This document shows positions 9,507 through 20,250 of a stretch of 64,000 bases of DNA, piece after piece. Position 1 is the first letter of the stretch, and every line of letters starts with the position of its first letter. The stretch spans positions 1,132-65,131 of the forward strand of contig JBAWZC010000001.1 in NCBI GenBank assembly GCA_037143235.1, written 5' to 3'. This DNA comes from Candidatus Berkelbacteria bacterium. GTDB lineage: Bacteria; Patescibacteriota; UBA1384; XYA2-FULL-43-10; 1-14-0-10-43-13. Under the pieces are notes generated by a model, which did no database searches, was not told where the DNA came from, and saw only the letters and a program-made list of their open reading frames with translations. The position numbers and the translations under genes were made by a program.

Positions 9507-11219
9507 TTATCGCCTCATCGATTCTGGCAACATCGTCATCTCCCCGAAGTCTTTACGCTTTTCCAGATCGTTTAGGTGCTTCTTTTTTTCCTGAACAAAT
9601 TTCTCAGCATCAAAACCAAATTTTGAGATCAACATAGATGCATATTTTCCACCAAATAAATGCGGTGTGATCACATAGGTCGCACCTGCCTCATATAGCG
9701 CAATCGCTTCGTCAACAACATGAGACACAACTATCACGATTGCCTTCGGATTGATCTGATTCACCTTTTCGATTAAGAAATCGTTCGTATCAAAATCTGG
9801 TATTGTCGACACAACCATCTTCACATTTTCGAAACCAATCTCATCGAGAAATTCATTGTCGTCTGCATCACCATATCTGGTCTCCACCCCCATCGCCTTC
9901 AGATGAGCGATCATCTCTGGGTCATAATCAACGACCAAAAATTTTGAGGCTTCGTCTTTGAAAACTTCCAACAACTCCTGTCCAGTCCTGTTGCAACCAA
10001 ACATCACTACTTCATACTTTTTGCTTTCAGTTTTGAGTTCTCTCGGATTTGACCTTTCCATTGTTCCCAAAATAGGAGTGAAAAATTTATAAATTTTGTC
10101 AGAAAATATGATTAAGTATGACGAACCAGCAATGGTTAACATCGAGACGGTAGTAACAATAGTGAGAACCGATTCGGAGATATGTCCATAAGTCACACCT
10201 GCCACCAGCAGTATGATCGAAAATTCACTTACTTGCGTCAGCGTATTACCAGCCAAAAAACTGATTCTTTTCTTGTAGCCGAGAGCTAGGCCAACGATGA
10301 TTGCAATCAACGGCTTCACCGTCAGGACGAAAAGCGACAGAACCACAACCGGTATCCAGTTATGGGCCAAGCTGCTAATTGATATTTTTGATCCCAACAA
10401 AACGAAAAACAGAACGATGAAGAAATCGCGTAATGGTCGTAATTTCGAAGAAATCTCAAAATGAAATGGTGAGGTAGACAGGGCTACTCCAGCGATCAGG
10501 GCACCAATCTCGATCGAAAATCCAAGGACATGGAAAAGAGCAGCCAAACCCAGCCCCCAAGCCATCGAAAAAAGAAAAAGCAATTCTTGCGACTTTGCAA
10601 AATAGTTCATAAACCATGGCAAGATATACGATGAAAACAAAATAACTAGATCGACGACAACAACACCTTTTAGCAAAGTGAGTGCAATTACTGTCCAATC
10701 AGATCCGCCGCTCTTGCCATAGGTTGTAACACCAATCAGGATCAATGAAATCAATAGATCCTGTACCAACAAAAGACCAATCGAAACCTTACTATAAAGT
10801 TTTCCAAGATCTTTTTTATCTGAAATCAACTTCATAATGATAATAGTACTACTAAAGGCCAACGCAGCCCCGATATAGATAGATGAAATATTGTCCAAGC
10901 CCAAAAACCTTGAGACAGCAAACCCAGCCAAAGATGTCAAAACCACCTGAATCAGTCCGATAGAAAGCGAATTACGACCCACCTCCTTGATAACTTTCGG
11001 ACTTAAGTTCAAGCCGATAATGAACAGCAGCAAGGCCACCCCAAATTTCGATAAAATGTCGATCGACCCAGTGATCTCCGCATTGCCAAACAAAAACGGC
11101 CCAACCAATAAACCAGTCAGAATATGACCAATGATAATCGGCTGTCGCAAAAGTTGCATTATCCCAGCTAGAACCGCCGCGACGACAATTACGATAGTTA
11201 AGCCAATAAATATTTCCAT
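9507..11219 (-). CDS. Monovalent cation:proton antiporter (CPA2/Kef-type) with a C-terminal RCK/TrkA-N domain
   Basis: About 12 TM helices with Kef-like GHILTGLLVGP and GLNLSP motifs; C-terminal Rossmann block VVMFGCNRTGQELL...DADD typical of TrkA-N. Start set at ATG 11219 (SD-like GGAGGA 4 nt upstream) rather than the track's upstream extension. Confidence 0.85.
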   Translation of the reverse strand: MEIFIGLTIVIVVAAVLAGIMQLLRQPIIIGHILTGLLVGPFLFGNAEITGSIDILSKFGVALLLFIIGLNLSPKVIKEVGRNSLSIGLIQVVLTSLAGFAVSRFLGLDNISSIYIGAALAFSSTIIIMKLISDKKDLGKLYSKVSIGLLLVQDLLISLILIGVTTYGKSGGSDWTVIALTLLKGVVVVDLVILFSSYILPWFMNYFAKSQELLFLFSMAWGLGLAALFHVLGFSIEIGALIAGVALSTSPFHFEISSKLRPLRDFFIVLFFVLLGSKISISSLAHNWIPVVVLSLFVLTVKPLIAIIVGLALGYKKRISFLAGNTLTQVSEFSIILLVAGVTYGHISESVLTIVTTVSMLTIAGSSYLIIFSDKIYKFFTPILGTMERSNPRELKTESKKYEVVMFGCNRTGQELLEVFKDEASKFLVVDYDPEMIAHLKAMGVETRYGDADDNEFLDEIGFENVKMVVSTIPDFDTNDFLIEKVNQINPKAIVIVVSHVVDEAIALYEAGATYVITPHLFGGKYASMLISKFGFDAEKFVQEKKKHLNDLEKRKDFGEMTMLPESMRR

Positions 11220-11420
11220 AAAATCCTCCGATATTTCACCATGAATATTACAATAATAGTATAGATGATTTACTCTAATTAGAAAAGAAAAGACAGTAGA
11301 CCAAAGCCATTTCAATCTATTTATATCAAACTAGCAACTTAAGGTTGAATTATAGAACGAAATTTGGTATATTTTTACCGTTGCAGATTTATTTATTCTT
11401 TGACAGCAAGAAATAAATTT

Positions 11421-11493
11421 GGGCGCGTAGCTCAGTTGGTTACCTGCCCGCAATGCTTATGCATAGCGTATGCAGGCGGGGAGCACGTCACTG
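11421..11493 (+). pseudogene. Partial 5'-half copy of tRNA-Ile (nt 1-22 and nt 23-35), interrupted by a 38-nt hairpin insert in the D-loop and truncated in the anticodon loop
   Basis: GGGCGCGTAGCTCAGTTGGTTA (11421-11442) and GAGCACGTCACTG (11481-11493) are identical to the 5' part of the intact tRNA-Ile 90 nt downstream. Identity ends after anticodon-loop CTG. Confidence 0.6.
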
Positions 11494-11582
11494 CATACAA
11501 GAATCGAAAGTGCCCGAAGGGCGACAGGGCGTAATGCGAACAAATTACAATTTATTTATTTTTTTACTGGTGGGCACAATAG

Positions 11583-11659
11583 GGGCGCGTAGCTCAGTTG
11601 GTTAGAGCACGTCACTGATAATGACGGGGTCGGAGATTCGAGTTCTCCCGCGCCCACCA
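11583..11659 (+). tRNA. tRNA-Ile (anticodon GAT)
   Basis: GGGCGCGTAGCTCAGTTGGTTAGAGCACGTCACTGATAATGACGGGGTCGGAGATTCGAGTTCTCCCGCGCCCACCA. Canonical cloverleaf, anticodon loop CTGATAA, encoded CCA. Confidence 0.9.
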
Positions 11660-11675
11660 GTAAGATAGTAATTGC

Positions 11676-11721
11676 GAGCACTAATGACGGGGTCGGAGAT
11701 TCGAGTTCTCCCGCGCCCACC
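11676..11721 (+). pseudogene. 3'-half copy of tRNA-Ile (anticodon-loop TAATGACGG through CCA), 16 nt downstream of the intact gene
   Basis: TAATGACGGGGTCGGAGATTCGAGTTCTCCCGCGCCCACCA is identical to tRNA-Ile nt 36-77. An intrinsic terminator (AAACGCTTTAAATAGCGTTTTTTTG) follows at about 11737-11762. Confidence 0.6.
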
Positions 11722-11817
11722 AAACAAACGAAACAAACGCTTTAAATAGCGTTTTTTTGTTTGTCAAAAATATGAGTTCGCGGTAAGATTAAAAAATAAG
11801 CAATTAATATCGAAAAA

Positions 11818-13125
11818 ATGAAAAAAATTATCCGCAAACTGTTACCAAAACGACTTATACTGCTCTACCATTATTTTCTCGCACTTTTAGCCACACTGAT
11901 ATACGGCTCCCCTGCCAAAAAAATGATTATCATTGGCGTCACTGGCACCAAGGGCAAAACCACAACTTCCAACTACATCTGGTCTTGTCTCTCTGCTTGC
12001 GGCATCAAGACAGGCATCATTTCCACCGCCAACATTCGTATCGGTAACGAAGAATCGCTCAATGAATATCACATGACGATGCCAGGGCGCTTCACCATCC
12101 AAAAATTGTTAAAACAGATGGCCGATGCGGGCTGCAAGTACTGCGTCGTCGAAACCACCTCGGAAGGACTTAAACAATATCGTCACATCGGCGTTCACTA
12201 CGACATTGGTGTTTTTACCAATTTGACCCCAGAACATCTCTCGGCCCATGGTGGCTCATTTGAAAATTACAAAAATGCCAAAAGTATCATGTTCCGTGCC
12301 CTTTCCAAAAACATCAAAACAATTGACGATAAAAAAATCGAAAAAATTATTATTGCCAATGCCGATAGTGAATATGCCGACTTCTATCTTAATTTTCCTG
12401 TCGATAAAAAAATCACTTACTCCATCGATCAACCATCCGACTACAAGGCAGCGAAAATCGTCGAATCTGTTGAGGGTGTGAAATTTGAACTTGGCTCAGA
12501 AAAATACGCCAGCAAAATCACCGGCCGCTTCAATGTCTACAACATTTTGCCCGCCATCATCATCTGTAAACTTGCTGGCGGTACAAACGAAAAAATAAAG
12601 CTAGGATTAAATAGTCTCGAAGTTATTCCGGGCAGAATGGAATTTATCGACAAGGGACAAAATTTCAAAACGATGGTTGATTATGCCCACGAAAAACAAA
12701 GTATTACCAATATATTAAATACTGCCAGAAAAATTATTGCTCCGACATCAAAAGTTATTATCTTGCTCGGTGCCGAAGGTGGTGGCCGAGACAAAACTAA
12801 GCGAACTGCGATGGGCGAACTCTCCGCCAAGCTATCTGACTTTGTTGTCGTTTCCAATGTTGACCCTTACGAAGACAATCCAACCGAGATCGTCGAAGAT
12901 ATCGCCAAAGTCGCCGAAAATAATGGCAAAGAGCGTGACAAAAACTTATTCGTGATCGAAGATCGCCGCGAAGGCATCCGCAAAGCCTTCTCACTCGCCC
13001 ATCGTGACGACATCGTCCTCATCACTGGCAAAGGCGCCGAGCAATCGATCACCATCGGCGGCGTCAAATATCCGTGGGACGACCGCACTGTCGTGATTGA
13101 AGAATTGGAAAAACTAAAATTTTAG
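11818..13125 (+). CDS. Mur ligase family protein (MurE-like UDP-N-acetylmuramoyl-tripeptide synthetase) with an N-terminal TM segment
   Basis: GVTGTKGKTTT ATP-binding P-loop, TNLTPEHL motif, and a C-terminal Mur ligase domain (GGGRDKTKR...LITGKGAEQ...PWDDR). Promoter-like TTGTCA-17-TAAGAT upstream. Confidence 0.75.
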   Translation: MKKIIRKLLPKRLILLYHYFLALLATLIYGSPAKKMIIIGVTGTKGKTTTSNYIWSCLSACGIKTGIISTANIRIGNEESLNEYHMTMPGRFTIQKLLKQMADAGCKYCVVETTSEGLKQYRHIGVHYDIGVFTNLTPEHLSAHGGSFENYKNAKSIMFRALSKNIKTIDDKKIEKIIIANADSEYADFYLNFPVDKKITYSIDQPSDYKAAKIVESVEGVKFELGSEKYASKITGRFNVYNILPAIIICKLAGGTNEKIKLGLNSLEVIPGRMEFIDKGQNFKTMVDYAHEKQSITNILNTARKIIAPTSKVIILLGAEGGGRDKTKRTAMGELSAKLSDFVVVSNVDPYEDNPTEIVEDIAKVAENNGKERDKNLFVIEDRREGIRKAFSLAHRDDIVLITGKGAEQSITIGGVKYPWDDRTVVIEELEKLKF

Positions 13126-13151
13126 TTGGAAAATTAGCCCTGCCACCCGTT

Positions 13152-13530
13152 TGTCATTGCGAGCTATTGGGTTTTCCAAAGCGCGGCAATCTATCATGCT
13201 CTACCATGAAAAACTATTACACCTACATTTTATCTAACTATGATAATTCTGTTCTGTATATTGGGATTACCAATAATTTAGTTCGTAGAACACACGAGCA
13301 CAAAAACAATTTAATCGAGAGTTTTTCATCCAAATACAAAGTCCACAAATTAGTTTATTTCGAGGAAACCAATGACGCAAACTCTGCAATTTCACGAGAA
13401 AGACAATTGAAAGCTGGTAGCAGACAGAAAAAACTCGATTTAATAGCAAAAAACAATCCTGAATTTAATGATTTGTATCCAGAACTATTATAATGATAGA
13501 TTGCCGCGTCGCAGACTCCTCGCAATGACA
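13152..13530. mobile_element. Palindrome-flanked GIY-YIG cassette, divergent family member: 45-bp left IR, GIY-YIG gene, 37-bp right IR
   Basis: Left IR 13152-13196 tgtcattgcgagctattgggttttccaaagcgcggcaatctatca and right IR 13494-13530 tgatagattgccgcgtcgcagactcctcgcaatgaca. The terminal 12-14 nt are exact reverse complements (tgtcattgcgag/ctcgcaatgaca; gcggcaatctatca/tgatagattgccgc). Confidence 0.7.
13206..13493 (+). CDS. GIY-YIG nuclease family protein (small URI-domain/YhbQ-like, 95 aa)
   Basis: YTYILSNYDNSVLYIGITNNLVRRTHEHK matches the GIY...YIG motif with the conserved Arg and Glu. The ORF occupies the interval between the two IRs almost exactly; the TTG track start lies inside the left IR. 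Confidence 0.75.
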   Translation: MKNYYTYILSNYDNSVLYIGITNNLVRRTHEHKNNLIESFSSKYKVHKLVYFEETNDANSAISRERQLKAGSRQKKLDLIAKNNPEFNDLYPELL

Positions 13531-13563
13531 GACATTAGGCAGCCATTGCAACAATCCCCTGCT

Positions 13564-13688
13564 TGTCATTGCGAGCTATTGGGTTTTCCAAAGCGTGGCA
13601 ATCTATCATATCCTTTTTTTACTATTGCGGCCCAACCACGGTATCAAAGCACGATAGATTGCCGCGTCGCAGACTCCTCGCAATGACA
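13564..13688. repeat. Empty miniature copy of the same element (MITE-like): left IR and right IR separated by only 44 bp
   Basis: 13564-13608 is near-identical to the left IR at 13152 (one mismatch) and 13653-13688 is identical to the right IR at 13494. No ORF lies between them. Confidence 0.7.
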
Positions 13689-13756
13689 AATTTAGGTATT
13701 TATCAATTTTGTACTTTCTTAACACAATTAGATTAATTAAGTCAATTAGATCAATT

Positions 13757-13790
13757 CAAAAAAATCTCCCCACTGGGGAGATTTTTTCTT
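13757..13790. terminator. Bidirectional intrinsic terminator (AAAAAAATCTCCCCACTGGGGAGATTTTTTC)
   Basis: Perfect 8-bp GC-rich stem flanked by an A-run and a T-run. It terminates the 16S transcript (minus strand) about 150 nt after the rRNA 3' end, and any plus-strand read-through from the GIY-YIG cassette. Confidence 0.7.
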
Positions 13791-13937
13791 ATAGTTCTTT
13801 TGCAACTAACTAGTGATAAGTACGACCTGACCAATAATAAATTATCGATGCAGGATTTTTTTGTCTCTATGACCCAATTAGATCGGACCATAGAAATCGA
13901 CCATCTCTCAAAGCCTTATCGGCTAGAGATGCTCCTA

Positions 13938-15524
<1,587 letters not shown>

Positions 15525-15927
15525 AAGCGCCATGATTACTCACAGCGCACATCGAGTATGATTTGCTCTAATTTTACTTAGTTTTGTGTTTTGGAATAAA
15601 TTCCAAAACATTCGTTCATCTCAAAGTATTGATCCAACTCACCTTACTGCAAGCAGCAAGGCAAAGTGGGACACACATACTTATCACTATTTAGTTGTTA
15701 AAGAACAGAATCCTGACGGTCCAGGGAATCCGAATTCTAATTCCTAAAGGCCAAACAATTTCCAATGTTCGAATATCTAATTTAGCAATTAGAAGCTAGA
15801 AATTAAAAATTAAATATTTTGGCCGTTTTCGACCAAAAAAGAATCATCCCCTTCAACTTGCCGTATATACTTTTTGTATATTCCTATCTGATAGTAGCCG
15901 AAAATTATTCTATTGTCAATATTTTCT

Positions 15928-16566
15928 TTAAGAAGATATCTTTTTCGGCAAAAAGTCACGATAAACAACAGCGTTAGCTATGCTAGCGACAATAATTGCC
16001 GGGAATACGCCAATGCCAAACACGCACAAACCAAGGAAAATCACGACTGCTTTAACCATAGCGAAACCAAGCAAGTCCCACTTGAAACCACGCGTCATCT
16101 CGCCACTCATGTGAAGAGCTTCAACAGGCTTCATGCCCTGATCAATAACCAGAAAGGGAGCGAACCGATACTTGATTGCCCAGTAAACACCAGGCACGAT
16201 CAAAAACAGCAATCCAGCCGTAACTATCAAAAGATACAAAACGTTGACAATGAAATATGAGAAAAAGTTCTTGTAATGAACAAAAAGATCGGTGATTTTT
16301 ACTTTCTTGCCGTCAACAATTGCCAACAACACTTTGACGAAGCCCATCTCCAAGATAACCGACGCAACCAAAAAGATAAAACCAATTGCAACAGCCAGAG
16401 CGGTGTACAAATTTGCGTATTTTGAAAGATTGTCCGAAGGAAAGGAAGGCAAGCAATTAATCACCCCTATAGCAAGAAAGAAAACTGCAAAAACAAGCCA
16501 GTTTTTACCAGCATGATCCCAGCCGAATTTTAGCGCTCGGCCAATGATTAAATCTTTTTTATCCAT
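15928..16566 (-). CDS. Hypothetical integral membrane protein (212 aa, about 5 TM)
   Basis: Multiple hydrophobic helices; no catalytic motifs recognised. Confidence 0.5.
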   Translation of the reverse strand: MDKKDLIIGRALKFGWDHAGKNWLVFAVFFLAIGVINCLPSFPSDNLSKYANLYTALAVAIGFIFLVASVILEMGFVKVLLAIVDGKKVKITDLFVHYKNFFSYFIVNVLYLLIVTAGLLFLIVPGVYWAIKYRFAPFLVIDQGMKPVEALHMSGEMTRGFKWDLLGFAMVKAVVIFLGLCVFGIGVFPAIIVASIANAVVYRDFLPKKISS

Positions 16567-16649
16567 AATTCTCCTTCTGCAAAATTATATCTAAAATTAT
16601 TCTACACTATATCGACGAATCGAACAATTGCACCCAGACAACCGCTCTC

Positions 16650-17726
16650 TTATACTAACCATTTTCCATTTTTTTGAACCGTCTCGCCATCCAAGATAAT
16701 CTCGCCCTGATGCATATCTTTCACAATGTCCCAATGCAAAGACGAATCATTCCCGCCTCCGTTTTCCTTGTAGGCCATACCGAAAGCCAGATGGATTGTT
16801 CCGCCAATTTTTTCATCAAAGAGCAAATCTTTGGAAAATTTGGTAATTTTCGGATTGATGCCGATGCCGAGCTCGCCGACATACGAAGCATTTTCATCAA
16901 TATTCAACATATTTTTTAAAAACTTCTCATTTTTTTCGGCCTTGACAACGACAGCCTTGCCGCCTACAAATTCGACATAAATGCCATCCACTTCATTACC
17001 GCTACGAATGGCTGGATAATCAAATCTGATCCAACCGCTCAGGCTCTCGCGCACAGGTGCCATGAACACTTCACCGCCAGGCATATTTTCTTCGCCTTTG
17101 TCGGCCACCGCTTTGGAACCATGTATTTTCATCTTGAGATCAACATTTTTACCAATCAAATGAACTTCCTTGCCCTTTTTAAAGATATCAAGGACACGAT
17201 CAATTCCCCCACCTATTTTCTCCCAATCCTGCAGACAAGCACCAAAGAAAAAATCCTCGTACTCTGACAAACTCATCCCTGCCTCTTGAGCTAGGGCTGT
17301 GGTCGGATAACCCACAGTGCATCGACGGATTTTATCATGCTCACTGACAATATATTCAATAATTGGATGCATGACCTGATCACGCTGTGCAATTTTTTGA
17401 GAATCAGCCCCAGAAAGCTCTCTAGTATTTGATGGAGCATGAATACCTATATATTTCTGTGCCCCTTTGACCATATAATCAAGATATTCAGGAAACCGCT
17501 TCAAATGGTGCTCCTGAGCATGTTTAAAATAAACTTGATCGATCCCAGGCACAGTCAGACGCAAAATAGGGTGAGCTCCAACTTTCAAAATCTCCTCATA
17601 TAGCGCAACAATAAATGGTTCCGCTACTGTGGAGCCGGCGATGATCACATTTTCGCCATGCTTCACTCGCAGTGAATAATTTACCACCAACTTTGCCAAT
17701 TTTTTTGTTCTTACATCTATCGCCAT
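16650..17726 (-). CDS. Aminopeptidase, M29 family (AmpS/PepS, aminopeptidase T-like)
   Basis: Full-length similarity pattern to thermophilic metalloprotease M29 (VVNYSLRVKHGENVII..., GELGIGINP..., HLAFGMAY); 358 aa. Confidence 0.75.
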   Translation of the reverse strand: MAIDVRTKKLAKLVVNYSLRVKHGENVIIAGSTVAEPFIVALYEEILKVGAHPILRLTVPGIDQVYFKHAQEHHLKRFPEYLDYMVKGAQKYIGIHAPSNTRELSGADSQKIAQRDQVMHPIIEYIVSEHDKIRRCTVGYPTTALAQEAGMSLSEYEDFFFGACLQDWEKIGGGIDRVLDIFKKGKEVHLIGKNVDLKMKIHGSKAVADKGEENMPGGEVFMAPVRESLSGWIRFDYPAIRSGNEVDGIYVEFVGGKAVVVKAEKNEKFLKNMLNIDENASYVGELGIGINPKITKFSKDLLFDEKIGGTIHLAFGMAYKENGGGNDSSLHWDIVKDMHQGEIILDGETVQKNGKWLV

Positions 17727-17872
17727 TGTAAGCCCTCGTTAATAACCGATCAAACATAATTCAAATAAATTCAAAAAATACTATTTTTAAACTTAATCTA
17801 GATTGTCACAATACTAATTGTATCAAACTTGATTTGATGGTGGTGGGCAAGATGCCCACCACCCGACACATT

Positions 17873-18058
17873 TCATTCAGCAGTTAGCTCAGCTAACTGC
17901 TGTTGTTCTTCCTGAGCCAAGCATGGAGTATCGTATTCAAAACAACCTCCTGCCCATGTTCCATGAAAGTACTTCCCCTCAATATTCGCAAGAGGATCAC
18001 CTCCGGCGCAGTAAGGGCATTTCTTCCCAGCCGATTCTACGATTTCCCCTTTACTCAT
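17873..18058 (-). CDS. Small Cys-rich hypothetical protein (61 aa; CPYC...C...C)
   Basis: SD-like AAGGGG upstream; followed by the hairpin GGGTGGTGGGCATCTTGCCCACCACC. Confidence 0.35.
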   Translation of the reverse strand: MSKGEIVESAGKKCPYCAGGDPLANIEGKYFHGTWAGGCFEYDTPCLAQEEQQQLAELTAE

Positions 18059-18311
18059 GAAAATTCCCCTTTTCCCTGATTTTGAGCAGTATGCTCAATA
18101 CGCAAATACTACCACAAAGATGCAGATAAACAAGAGGAAAAACTATGGTACCGAAAAACCCTAATGGTAATTCAAACATAACAAAAATATGTACGAGTCA
18201 AGTATCGAGTTTGATTCTTGGGCACTCGCATGATATATTGACCAGTACCAACCTCTGAGGTCACCGGTCTTTGACTGGCTGCGCCCACCGTAGGTTGATA
18301 GCCTTCCACCA

Positions 18312-18350
18312 CCTCTGTATAGAGGTGGTGGAGTCTTTTTATTTAATCAC
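18312..18350 (+). terminator. Plus-strand intrinsic terminator (CCACCACCTCTGTATAGAGGTGGTGG followed by AGTCTTTTTATTT) converging on the clpP 3' end
   Basis: 11-bp perfect stem followed by a T-run on the plus strand only. This implies a short plus-strand transcript in 18060-18340 (possible sRNA or 37-aa ORF). Confidence 0.5.
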
Positions 18351-18917
18351 CTTATCGATAATCCCATATTTCAACGCTTCAGTCGCTCGCATATAGTAAT
18401 CACGATCAGTATCTTTAGAAATCTTCTCGAGAGGCTGACCAGTATTTTTAGCCAAAATAGCATTCATCTCATCTCTAATTTTCAAAATTTCCTCCGCCTG
18501 AATCTTGATATCAGAAGCCTGTCCATCCGTACCGCCCATCGGCTGATGAATCAAGATACGAGAGTTTGGCAAAGAATACCTCTTACCTTTTTCTCCACCG
18601 GCGAGCAAAAACGCAGCCATTGAAGCAGCTATTCCTACACACATGGTCGAGACATGCGGTTTGATATGACGCATCGTGTCATAAATCGCCATACCGCTGT
18701 AAACCGAGCCTCCAGGAGAATTGATATACATCTGAATATCTTTTTTACTATCTTCTGCTTCCAGAAAAAGCAACTGAGCGATGACCAAGTTAGCCGTATC
18801 GTCATCGATCGGATTGCCTACAAAAATAATCCGATCACGCAAAAGTCGCGAATAGATATCATAGGATCTTTCGCCGTCAAAAGTTTTTTCGACAACTGTT
18901 GGGATCAAATAAGACAT
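18339..18917 (-). CDS. clpP: ATP-dependent Clp protease proteolytic subunit
   Basis: Canonical ClpP sequence with Ser-His-Asp context ([20 protein letters not shown]); 192 aa. Confidence 0.9.
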   Translation of the reverse strand: MSYLIPTVVEKTFDGERSYDIYSRLLRDRIIFVGNPIDDDTANLVIAQLLFLEAEDSKKDIQMYINSPGGSVYSGMAIYDTMRHIKPHVSTMCVGIAASMAAFLLAGGEKGKRYSLPNSRILIHQPMGGTDGQASDIKIQAEEILKIRDEMNAILAKNTGQPLEKISKDTDRDYYMRATEALKYGIIDKVIK

Positions 18918-18929
18918 TGTCTCCTTCCT

Positions 18930-20126
18930 CTATTTCGTCAACTTCTCGACTAGGAAATTTAGGGCTTTGCGGCCAACTTCTTTGTCATCAACATCAAATT
19001 TTTGCGACTTAGCAGTTTCACCCAACATCAGGCCAATCTTGATATTTTTCTCTGCCTGAGCGCGCATATCTTTACGCAAATCTTCAATCGATTTTTTCAT
19101 ATCAGCCAAATATTTATCGAGTGTCATCCTCATACCTTCAAGCTGGTGACCATAGTCGTGAATCATTCGGTCAATTTCTTTTTCGATCAAACTTTCAGGG
19201 ATTTCAACTTGCAAAAAGCTAATCATCTTTTCGACTACCATCGAGTCTACCTGCGCTTTGTATTGCTGTTCCATCTCCATCGCCAGGTTAGCTCTGATCG
19301 CGTCTTCCATCGACTTTGCATTCTTCTGACCAAAATCCTCAGCAAATTTATCATCAATTACTGGCAAAACGACCTCTTTGAGTTCAAGTAACTCGACTTT
19401 GAATTCAGCTTCTTTGTTCGCATAATCTTTTTTATGATAAGTCGATGGGAATTTGATTTTAAACTCTTTCTTCTCGCCCTTCTTCATCCCAACTACTTTC
19501 TCCTCAAAACCAGGAATCAAGGTGCTATCGCCCAAAACAATCGGAAAATTTTTCGAGCACATCTCGTCGATACGCACTTTCTTGATCGCACCTTCGAAGG
19601 AAATCTCAGCCAAATCGCCCATCTTAGCAGCTCGATCAACCACATTGTAAGTCGCTTTTTGGCGCTGCAACTGCTTCAATACTTTGTCGACATCTTCCTG
19701 CTTGGCTTCATCCTTTTTTGGCAAAGTAATTTTGGCTTTTGAATAGTCTTTTAGCGAAACTTCTGGAAAAACATCAACTTCAGCAACAAATTCCAAATCT
19801 TTTTCAATTTCCATATCAGTCAGTCCCCAGCTTGGAGCACTGTTCACAGCAATATTTGGACTCGAAATCGGCGACAGTTGATGCTCCTGAACAGCCATAA
19901 AATATGCCTCATTGATTGCTGCATCGATAGCTTCAGACAAAAGCCTAGACACGCCAATAGTACTTTCGATCAACGGTCGTGGTGCTTTGCCCGGTCGGAA
20001 ACCATCAAGCTTCACAGTTGGGGCCAATTTATCATAAGCAGATTGGAAATGTTTTACCAATTCTTTTGGCGAAACCTTAATAGAAAGCTTAACTTTACTT
20101 TTGTTTTTTTCGATGTTCGAACTCAT
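18930..20126 (-). CDS. tig: Trigger factor (short form, 398 aa)
   Basis: N-terminal ribosome-binding signature FRPGKAPR, a PPIase-like middle region, and the position immediately upstream of clpP. Confidence 0.85.
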   Translation of the reverse strand: MSSNIEKNKSKVKLSIKVSPKELVKHFQSAYDKLAPTVKLDGFRPGKAPRPLIESTIGVSRLLSEAIDAAINEAYFMAVQEHQLSPISSPNIAVNSAPSWGLTDMEIEKDLEFVAEVDVFPEVSLKDYSKAKITLPKKDEAKQEDVDKVLKQLQRQKATYNVVDRAAKMGDLAEISFEGAIKKVRIDEMCSKNFPIVLGDSTLIPGFEEKVVGMKKGEKKEFKIKFPSTYHKKDYANKEAEFKVELLELKEVVLPVIDDKFAEDFGQKNAKSMEDAIRANLAMEMEQQYKAQVDSMVVEKMISFLQVEIPESLIEKEIDRMIHDYGHQLEGMRMTLDKYLADMKKSIEDLRKDMRAQAEKNIKIGLMLGETAKSQKFDVDDKEVGRKALNFLVEKLTK

Positions 20127-20250
20127 ATTTCACTCCGTTATTTATTAAAATTCCTTGTGATTGTAGCACGATATCAAAATAAATGGAAGCCAAAAATAGC
20201 GCAAACCATGCAAATGGAAACGATAACAGCGTTAGGACAAAAACAAATAA

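Noticed and set aside
10456-10698. Antisense or embedded ORFs such as 10456..10698, 19002..19391, 19878..20306, 27705..28121, 30283..30834, 52807..53112
   Set aside because: Each lies wholly inside a well-supported conserved gene on the other strand or frame, with no RBS or domain signal.
13757-13790. The perfect palindromes at 13757-13790, 36545-36578, 44907-44948 and 3877-3903 as additional mobile-element termini
   Set aside because: They are flanked by A-runs and T-runs and sit at gene ends, as expected for ordinary (often bidirectional) intrinsic terminators. They lack the TGTCAT terminus of the repeat family.
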